Positions 57,401-64,000 of a stretch of DNA of 64,000 nucleotides are shown here, in pieces. Position numbers and translations under genes: made by a program. Source of the DNA: Cellvibrionaceae bacterium. GTDB taxonomy: Bacteria > Pseudomonadota > Gammaproteobacteria > Pseudomonadales > Cellvibrionaceae. The notes beneath the pieces were generated by a model that was not told the origin of the DNA, did no database searches, and saw only the letters and a list, made by a program, of their open reading frames with translations. Within the stretch, counting starts at the first letter, position 1; the number at the start of each line of letters is the position of its first letter. Where the stretch lies: NCBI GenBank assembly GCA_021151695.1, contig JAGKWU010000008.1, positions 215,548 to 279,547 on the forward strand, written 5' to 3'.

Positions 57401-60400
57401 TAGCCTGGTGGCGGTGGTGCGCGCGAATCTTCGTTTACTGATTACCCATCGCCGGTTGCTGGAGTGGAATCCCTCCAGCGAACAGAACCGGAAAGGCCCT
57501 TTGAGCCTGTCGGGCTTCTACCTGTTTATGTGGACGGCGCCGATAGTGGCACTGGGCGTGGCCCTGCTTGTGGCGCTCCTGAATCCTGCCAACTTGCCTG
57601 CGACCCTGCCGGTGCTGTTGCTCTGGGCGGGTGCTCCGGCGCTGGCCTGGTGGGTGAGCCAACCTCTCGCGCTGCGCGAATCTCGCCTTAACCAGGAGCA
57701 GCGGCGCTACCTGCGCAAAATAGCGCGTCGCACCTGGGCGTTCTTTGATCGCTTTGTGGGCGCAGAGGACAACTGGTTGCCGCCCGATAATTATCAGGAG
57801 CACCCCGGTCCCGTCACGGCCCATCGCACCTCACCCACCAATATGGGTATGGCGCTACTCGCCAATTTGAGTGCGGTGGATTTTGGCTATATCAGCTGGG
57901 GGGAGGCGCTGGAGCGCATCACTAATGCGCTGGCGACCATGGGCAAACTCGAGCGCTACCAGGGCCACTTCTTTAACTGGTATGAGACGCGCAACCTGCA
58001 ACTGCTGCCTCCGCGCTATATCTCATCGGTGGATAGCGGTAATCTGGTCGGCCATTTGCTAGTGCTGCGCTCGGCGTTGGTCGCCATGCCCGAGCAAAGG
58101 ATCATCCCCGAGCGTATTTTTGAAGGGCTGCAAGATACCTTGCAACTGCTGCAGGAGACACCGCCCGGCTCCATGGCAGATCTGGTGCGGGAACCAACTT
58201 TGGCACTGCTTGCACTTTTGCGCGATGCCGCCTCCACACCGCCCCAAAGCCTTGGAGCAGTGCATCAACACCTCAAATTGCTAGTGGCTACTGCCAGTGA
58301 TCTGGCCACCCAGTTTGAGGCTGCACCCGAGAGCGACCTGGCCATTTGGGTGCGTGCCCTGGCAACCCAGGCGAAAGCAGCCCAGGCCGAACTTCTGTTC
58401 CTGGCGCCCTGGGCGGAATTGTCAGCGCCGCTAAGCGGTTGGGGGAAGTTTGGCCACTTTGATCAAATCCCCCGGTTGGGCGATCTGGCCAAGGCCAAAA
58501 CCCTCTGGCTGCGTGAAATAGACCACCGCTTGAAGTTGGCATTGCCGTTGAATCCCGGCGACAGCTTGGCGTCGCCTGCCGAGCGTGTCTGGCTCTCGGA
58601 GTTGCGTCGCCTGATAGCCCTGGGCTGTGAGCGCGCCGTGGAGCGTCTGGGCACCGTGGACGTGCTGATCGCCCAAGTGACGGAATTCACCAAAGTAGAC
58701 TACGAATTTCTCTATGACCGCAGCCGCCATTTGCTTGCTATTGGCTACAACCTGGATGAATTTCGCCGTGACAACAGCTTCTACGATCTGCTGGCATCGG
58801 AGGCGCGCCTCACCAATTTTGTGGCCATTTCTCAGGGGATGATCCCACAGGAAAGCTGGTTTGCCTTGGGCCGCTTACGCACTGCTGCTGGCACCGGCGA
58901 GCCTACGCTGGTGTCCTGGAGCGGTTCCATGTTTGAGTATTTGATGCCAAACCTGGTGATGCCGAGCTACGAAGGCACTCTGCTTGACCAGACTTGCCGT
59001 TCCGCCGTACTGCGCCAGGTCGCCTTTGGTGGCCAGCGCTCCCTGCCTTGGGGGGTGTCGGAATCCGGTTATTACACGATGGATGCAGCACTCAATTACC
59101 AATACCACGCTTTTGGTGTGCCCGGGTTGGGTCTGAAACGTGGCTTGGCGGAAGATGCCGTGGTTGCCCCTTACGCCAGTGTAATGGGCCTGATGTTCGC
59201 CCCCGAAGAAGCCTGCGCCAATATGCAGCGGTTGTCCGAGGCGGGTATCGAAGGTCGCTATGGTTTTTACGAAGCCATCGACTACACACCCGCCCGCCTG
59301 CCGCGCGGCCAGACCAGCGCCGTAGTGCGGTCTTTTATGGCTCACCATCAAGGCATGAGCCTGCTGTCGCTATCCTATGTGCTGCACGACCAGCCTATGC
59401 AGCAGCGCTTTGCGGCAGATCCGCAATTCCAGGCCACACTGTTGTTGCTGCAAGAGCGTATCCCCAAAAACTCGGTGTTCCACAACTACGTGGCAGAGCA
59501 CACCGAAGGTGCGGCTATCTTCGAAGAGGCGACTCCCCCCGTCCATGCACCCATAGGTGCCGATACCCCCGTGCCCGAGGTGCAACTTTTGTCGAATGGG
59601 CGCTATCACTTGATGGTGACTAATGCCGGTGGTGGCTACAGCCGCTGGCAAAACCTGGCGGTGAGCCGCTGGCGTGAGGACACCACCTGCGATAGCTGGG
59701 GCAGTTTTATCTATGTGCGGGATCTGGGTAATAACGAGTTCTGGTCCACCACCCATCAACCCACGCTCAAACGCGCCGACAGCTATGAAGCGCTCTTCTC
59801 CGAGTGGCGTGCCGAGTACCGTCGCCGCGATCAGGGTATAGAGACTTACTCCGAAATCGTCGTGTCCCCCGAGGACGATGTGGAGCTGCGCCGGGTAAAA
59901 CTCACCAACCGTTCGCGCCGGCCGCGCAATATCGAAATCACCAGCTATAGCGAAGTGGTGCTGGCTACCCAGGCGGCGGATGTGATGCAAAGTACCTTCG
60001 GCAAGCTGTTTGTGCAGACTGAGTTGCAGGAAGATCGTCGCGCCATCCTCTGCACCCGTCGGCCCCGGGCCGAAGGTGAGCAGACGCCCTGGCTGTTCCA
60101 TCTGCTGGCGGCCCAAGGTGTTGAGGTAATCGAGATCTCCTACGAAACCGACCGCATGAAGTTTATCGGGCGCGGCCGTAGCCTGGCCTCCCCGCAAGCG
60201 CTCAACAGCACCACGCGCTTATCCGGCAGCCAGGGTTCAGTACTGGACCCGATTGTGGCCATTCGCGTGCGCATCGTGCTGGCCGCCGAACAGTCCGCTA
60301 CCCTGGATTTTGTGACCGGCGTGAGCGACAACCGCGCCGCCACCCAGGCGCTGGTGGAAAAGTATCAGGATCGCCACTTTGCCGATCGCGTGTTCGACCT

Positions 60401-63400
60401 GGCCGGCACCCACGCCGGCGTCACCCTGCGCCAGATCAACGCCTCCGAAAACGATGCGCTGCTCTATCGCAAACTGGCGCGCTCAGTGCTCTTCGCCAAC
60501 CCGGCCCTGCGTGCCGAGCCCAGCCTGATCGCGCAAAACCGCCGTGGCCAATCCGGTCTTTGGGGTTATGCGATCTCCGGCGACTTGCCCATAGTGCTGC
60601 TTAAAATCGGCAGCGCCGACCGTATAGAGCTGGCTCGCCAGTTGATCCAGTGCCATGCCTATTGGCGACTGAAAGGCCTGATGGTGGATCTGGTGATCTG
60701 GAACGAAGACCAGATTGGCTATCGCCAAAACTTGCACGATCAGATTGTCGGCCTGATTACCACTGGCTCCGAGGCCGGCGCTATCGACAAGCCTGGCGGT
60801 ATCTTTGTGCGCTCGGCGGAGCAAATTTCCCACGAGGATCGCATATTGTTGCAAACCGTGGCGCGCGCCATAGTGGTGGATAACCAGGGCAATCTGGGGG
60901 AACAGTTAACCCGCCGCAACCTGGCTGAGGCTAAAGGTCCGCGCTTGCTGCCATCCCGGACTTACCGTCCAGAAATGGCGCTGCCACCAGAGCCACCCAA
61001 AGCTGGCCTGCTGCTGGCAAATAACCTGGGCGGCTTCAGCGCTGATGGCCGCGAGTATGTGATCACCACCAGCGACACCCAGGTAACGCCTGTGCCCTGG
61101 GTGAACGTGCTCGCTAATCCCAACTTCGGTACTGTCGTGACCGAGAGCGGACTGGCCTACACCTGGAGTGAAAACGCCCACGAATACCGCCTCACGCCCT
61201 GGAGCGACGATCCGGTTGCGGGCGGCAGTGGCGAAGTTATCTATTTGCGTGACGAGGAAACCGGCCACTTTTGGTCGCCCACGCCTTTACCCCGTCGCCC
61301 CGGCCAGAACAACGGCAGCTTCACCTGCAGCCACGGCTTTGGTTACAGCCGCTTCGAGCATCATCAGGCGGGCATCACCACTGAACTGTGGGTCTATGTG
61401 GATCTCAACGAGACAGTGAAATACTCGGTGCTAAAAATCCGTAACGATTCCAATCGCCAGCGCCGCCTGAGCGCTACTGGCTATGTGGAGTGGGTGTTGG
61501 GCGATTTGCGCTCCAAGTACGGCATGCATGTGGTCACCGAGATAGACGCCAGCAGCGGAGCACTCTTCGCCCGCAACGCCTATCACAGCGAGTTCGCCAG
61601 CCGTGTGGCCTTCTTTGATGTGGACGATCCGTCGCGCACCTTGAGTGGCGACCGCGCGGAATTTATTGGTCGCAACGGCTCGCTGGCCAATCCCGATGCC
61701 ATGAACCGGGCGCGCTTATCCGGCCGCCTGGGTGCGGGCATGGATCCTTGCGGCGCCATACAAGTGCCCTTCGAATTGGGCGCAGGGCAGGAGCGGGAGA
61801 TTATCTTCCGTCTGGGCGCCGGGGTAGATCTGGAGCAGGCTCGCACACTCGCCCAGCGCTTGCGCAGCATGGGCACCGCACGTGCCGCTCTGCAAAAGGT
61901 GCGCGAATACTGGCGCCAGGCGCTTACCGGCGTGCAGGTACAAACCCCCGAAGACACTACCAACTTGCTCGCCAACGGCTGGCTGCTCTACCAGACACTG
62001 GCCTGCCGTATCTGGGCGCGCAGTGGCTATTACCAATCTGGCGGCGCCTATGGTTTCCGCGACCAACTGCAGGATTCCATGGCCCTGCTGCACAGCCAGC
62101 CCCAACTGGTGCGCGAGCATTTGCTGCGCTGTGCCCAACGGCAATATCCCGAGGGCGACGTGCAGCACTGGTGGCATCCACCCCAGGGGCGCGGTGTGCG
62201 CACGCGTTGTTCTGACGATTACCTCTGGCTGCCCATGGTGACCTGTCGCTATGTGGAGGCTACCGGTGATACCTCGGTGCTGGATGAACTCACGCCCTTC
62301 ATCGAAGGCAGGCCACTGCATGCGGATGAAGAGTCCTACTACGATTTACCAGGCAATAGCGCCGAGCGGGCGACGCTCTACGATCACTGCCTGCGCGCCG
62401 TCAATTTCGGCCTGCGTTTTGGTCCCCACGGCATACCGCTGATGGGCTCGGGCGACTGGAATGATGGCATGAACCTGGTGGGCATCCACGGCAAGGGCGA
62501 GAGCGTCTGGCTGGGCTTTTTCCTCTACGACGTACTTATGTCTTTTGGTCGCCTGGCACGCAGTCGCGACGATGCCGCCACCATGCTCCACTGCCATACC
62601 CAGGCAGACCGCCTGCGCCAGCATATCGAGCAGCATGCCTGGGATGGCAACTGGTACAAGCGCGCCTGGTATGACGATGGCACGCCGCTGGGAGCCGCCG
62701 GCAGCGAGGAATGTGCCATAGACTCCATCTCCCAAAGCTGGTCTGTACTGTCTGGCGCGGGCAGTGCCGAGCGCAGTCAGCAGGCTATGATGTCGCTCGA
62801 CAAGCACCTGGTAAAACGCGATAGCGGCATTATCCAGTTGCTCGACCCGCCCTTCGACAAAGCGCCAACCAATCCCGGCTACATCAAGGGCTATGTTCCC
62901 GGTGTGCGCGAAAACGGTGGCCAGTACACCCATGCTGCCGTGTGGGCCGCCATGGCATTTGCCGCCTTGGGTGATAGCAATCGAGCCTGGGAATTATTGT
63001 CCCTGATCAACCCGCTCAACCACACCCGTAGCAGTGAGGATATAGCCATCTACAAAGCCGAGCCCTATGTGGTCGCGGCGGATGTTTACGGCGTAGCACC
63101 CCACATAGGTCGCGGTGGCTGGAGCTGGTACACGGGTTCGGCGGGCCTCACCTATCGTCTGATCATCGAATCCCTGTTGGGGGTGAGGCGCGAGGGCGAC
63201 AAACTGCGGCTGGTACCTTGCATTCCGCAGGATTGGAAAACTTACGCCATCGACTATCGCTTCGGCGATGCCAGATACCAGATCACCGTATTGCAAGTGA
63301 CTGATCTCGCCATCGACGAAGCCAGTGCGCTGTACACCACGCGCGTTCTGGTGGATGGTGTACAGCAGCGCGATTCCTTCGTGCAATTGGTGGACGATGG

Positions 63401-63443
63401 CAAAACCCACGCGGTGGAAATTCGCATCAGCTTGGGAGCCTAA
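54498..63443 (+). CDS. ndvB: Cyclic beta-1,2-glucan synthase (GT84 plus GH94 phosphorylase); start 54498 or 54450
   Basis: EWLLDNFYLI, GYERKRGKL, LSHDLLEG, RWIRGDWQ, LPPDNYQ, SWSGSMFEY, YQSGGAYGFRDQLQD, GDWNDG, RENGGQYTH. Confidence 0.93.
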   Translation: MKFENRFKLPETLPPVLARADDEPLPSADPAEKPQLELQESLGPLIFGRTRAWVLDLVDYFGGWSNDHFSNEELHPLRAELYSADQMEQHGKHLAANHKLSRYGVHNRLLRRLDENESVLIASCQMLMDEVKARSRIAPAGEWLLDNFYLIEDQIRTARQHLPKGYSRELPRLANGKSRGLPRVYDLAEDAVAHGDGRIDVALLTRFVDAYQSVTALTLGELWAIPIMLRLALIENLRRVASRISAARLHINRARQWAELMIETAENDPKNLILIVADMARSQPPLVSPFIAEFSRQLQGHGPALALPLTWIKDRLAEDSQTVEQMILAETQQQAADQVSISNSIGSLRFLGATDWRVFVENMSVVEDVLRKDLNNTYANMDFSTRDSYRQVIDRLAKRIRLSEAEVARAAITLAGMSAASEPDQPHKSHVGYYLIDNGLQKLEQMVKARLSPLTRARRFVSRAPLLLHLGSILILVALFTGVLVGEAHSAGVKGWPLWLLGVVSALATSQLATALTNWLAILLVAPKTLPRLDYSEGLPAQMRSLVVIPSMLTDSESLDELLEALEVRYLGNRDEYLHFALLTDFNDAASETLPSDQELVSLATKGIELLNLKYPSEQGDRFLLFHRPRCWNSTEKIWMGYERKRGKLADLNNLLRGKDQGFNTASRGNGSCFSVIVGNISQLYGVKYVITLDTDTQLPRDSAREFIGAMAHPLNQPRFDNEGTRVVGGYGILQPRMAATLSGHRRSRYALLYGLEPGIDPYTRSVSDVYQDLFDEGSFIGKGIYDVDAFEQTLRDRFPENRILSHDLLEGCYTRSGLLSDVQLYEENPTSYAADVSRRERWIRGDWQIASWLFRRVPGFEGKRQSNPLSALSRWKIFDNLVRSLAPAALLLTLAIGWLLTPSPGFWTLAAIGIVLVPSFVIAFVDLFRRAQEVGFAQHLGAVLQSAGRNMAQAGFRIACLPHEALFSLVAVVRANLRLLITHRRLLEWNPSSEQNRKGPLSLSGFYLFMWTAPIVALGVALLVALLNPANLPATLPVLLLWAGAPALAWWVSQPLALRESRLNQEQRRYLRKIARRTWAFFDRFVGAEDNWLPPDNYQEHPGPVTAHRTSPTNMGMALLANLSAVDFGYISWGEALERITNALATMGKLERYQGHFFNWYETRNLQLLPPRYISSVDSGNLVGHLLVLRSALVAMPEQRIIPERIFEGLQDTLQLLQETPPGSMADLVREPTLALLALLRDAASTPPQSLGAVHQHLKLLVATASDLATQFEAAPESDLAIWVRALATQAKAAQAELLFLAPWAELSAPLSGWGKFGHFDQIPRLGDLAKAKTLWLREIDHRLKLALPLNPGDSLASPAERVWLSELRRLIALGCERAVERLGTVDVLIAQVTEFTKVDYEFLYDRSRHLLAIGYNLDEFRRDNSFYDLLASEARLTNFVAISQGMIPQESWFALGRLRTAAGTGEPTLVSWSGSMFEYLMPNLVMPSYEGTLLDQTCRSAVLRQVAFGGQRSLPWGVSESGYYTMDAALNYQYHAFGVPGLGLKRGLAEDAVVAPYASVMGLMFAPEEACANMQRLSEAGIEGRYGFYEAIDYTPARLPRGQTSAVVRSFMAHHQGMSLLSLSYVLHDQPMQQRFAADPQFQATLLLLQERIPKNSVFHNYVAEHTEGAAIFEEATPPVHAPIGADTPVPEVQLLSNGRYHLMVTNAGGGYSRWQNLAVSRWREDTTCDSWGSFIYVRDLGNNEFWSTTHQPTLKRADSYEALFSEWRAEYRRRDQGIETYSEIVVSPEDDVELRRVKLTNRSRRPRNIEITSYSEVVLATQAADVMQSTFGKLFVQTELQEDRRAILCTRRPRAEGEQTPWLFHLLAAQGVEVIEISYETDRMKFIGRGRSLASPQALNSTTRLSGSQGSVLDPIVAIRVRIVLAAEQSATLDFVTGVSDNRAATQALVEKYQDRHFADRVFDLAGTHAGVTLRQINASENDALLYRKLARSVLFANPALRAEPSLIAQNRRGQSGLWGYAISGDLPIVLLKIGSADRIELARQLIQCHAYWRLKGLMVDLVIWNEDQIGYRQNLHDQIVGLITTGSEAGAIDKPGGIFVRSAEQISHEDRILLQTVARAIVVDNQGNLGEQLTRRNLAEAKGPRLLPSRTYRPEMALPPEPPKAGLLLANNLGGFSADGREYVITTSDTQVTPVPWVNVLANPNFGTVVTESGLAYTWSENAHEYRLTPWSDDPVAGGSGEVIYLRDEETGHFWSPTPLPRRPGQNNGSFTCSHGFGYSRFEHHQAGITTELWVYVDLNETVKYSVLKIRNDSNRQRRLSATGYVEWVLGDLRSKYGMHVVTEIDASSGALFARNAYHSEFASRVAFFDVDDPSRTLSGDRAEFIGRNGSLANPDAMNRARLSGRLGAGMDPCGAIQVPFELGAGQEREIIFRLGAGVDLEQARTLAQRLRSMGTARAALQKVREYWRQALTGVQVQTPEDTTNLLANGWLLYQTLACRIWARSGYYQSGGAYGFRDQLQDSMALLHSQPQLVREHLLRCAQRQYPEGDVQHWWHPPQGRGVRTRCSDDYLWLPMVTCRYVEATGDTSVLDELTPFIEGRPLHADEESYYDLPGNSAERATLYDHCLRAVNFGLRFGPHGIPLMGSGDWNDGMNLVGIHGKGESVWLGFFLYDVLMSFGRLARSRDDAATMLHCHTQADRLRQHIEQHAWDGNWYKRAWYDDGTPLGAAGSEECAIDSISQSWSVLSGAGSAERSQQAMMSLDKHLVKRDSGIIQLLDPPFDKAPTNPGYIKGYVPGVRENGGQYTHAAVWAAMAFAALGDSNRAWELLSLINPLNHTRSSEDIAIYKAEPYVVAADVYGVAPHIGRGGWSWYTGSAGLTYRLIIESLLGVRREGDKLRLVPCIPQDWKTYAIDYRFGDARYQITVLQVTDLAIDEASALYTTRVLVDGVQQRDSFVQLVDDGKTHAVEIRISLGA

Positions 63444-63580
63444 GGGGGAATGCAAGTTTTAAGGGAGTTTGTGCGCCAGTTCCCGAATTGACAGTGGGCG
63501 CATCAGGGTCATTAGGTTTTTGTTCAGGCTTTCAGTCGCAGACTGAACCTGTACCGCGTTAATCCAAAGAGGTGATCCAG

Positions 63581-64000
63581 ATGCGCAAATTATTACTTTC
63601 ATTCGCCAGCTTGCTCCTGTTGCCAATAGCCAACGCCAATGCGAGCAATCTGGGCGTTAACGTCATACTGTCTGGCGAACTTCGCCCCGGCCTTTATGGT
63701 CAAGTTGAGTTAGGAAATGCACCGCGCCCCGCCATGGTGTACGACTACCCGGTAATGGTGCGTGAAGAACGTGTTTATCGCTACGCGGAGCCGGTATACC
63801 TGCATGTGCCGCCAGCTTATATTTCTAACTGGTCTTACCATTGTGGCTACTATCACGCTTGCGGTCGTCGCGTGTACTTTGTGCGCTCAGTGGAATACGA
63901 TAATTATTATCGCGATCCACATCATCACCACTACGACATGCCAAGACGTTATCGCGTAGTGGAAGATCGTCACTATGATGATCGCGGTTATGAGCATCGC
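63581..64000 (+). CDS. Hypothetical secreted Tyr/His-rich protein, truncated by the window edge
   Basis: GAGGTG RBS; MRKLLLSFASLLLLPIANANA...PVYLHVPPAYISNWSYHCGYYHACGRRVYFV; frame open to the end of the window. Confidence 0.75.
   Translation, partial: MRKLLLSFASLLLLPIANANASNLGVNVILSGELRPGLYGQVELGNAPRPAMVYDYPVMVREERVYRYAEPVYLHVPPAYISNWSYHCGYYHACGRRVYFVRSVEYDNYYRDPHHHHYDMPRRYRVVEDRHYDDRGYEHR

Noticed and set aside
56295..62933. Many long alternative-frame and antisense ORFs (for example 364, 275 and 236 aa)
   Set aside because: Expected shadows within the GC-rich ndvB coding sequence; no motifs.

Overview
Gammaproteobacterial chromosomal segment in four blocks. (1) 1-1.4 kb: ispA (partial) and xseB, followed by an unannotated GacA/UvrY-box-driven Rsm/Csr-type sRNA. 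(2) 1.5-31.6 kb, all on the + strand: a cell-surface island. A type II secretion cluster (gspEFGHIJKLM, gspC-like, gspD) is directly followed by a probable S-layer protein gene and then a glycan locus (rmlACDB, wzm/wzt with a C-terminal binding domain, two stand-alone sulfotransferases, APS kinase, a sulfotransferase-coiled-coil-GT2-GT4 fusion with six 14-aa repeats, the GDP-heptose genes hddA-gmhA-hddC, and an acyltransferase/GT-C-like fusion). (3) 31.6-54.3 kb: a general-stress/envelope region (yqjDEK-like, BON, DUF4398/OmpA, two DUF3309 genes, sorbosone dehydrogenase, Crp/Fnr regulator with a hybrid kinase and response regulator, Mla/Pqi-type ABC system, ferritin-like protein). Several of its promoters share a TGTGCG-N4-CGCACA box at the class II (-41.5) position. 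The block also holds a guanidine-II riboswitch with sugE/gdx, a sigma54-driven PEP-CTERM gene, a REP doublet, and a CxxC/RPP leader ORF whose 3' end can sequester the Shine-Dalgarno of a 40-aa secreted CC-CC-CC peptide. (4) 54.5-64 kb: cyclic beta-1,2-glucan synthase and a truncated secreted-protein gene. No CRISPR array, rRNA, tRNA or transposase was seen. All family calls come from motifs recognised by eye; no database searches were run.
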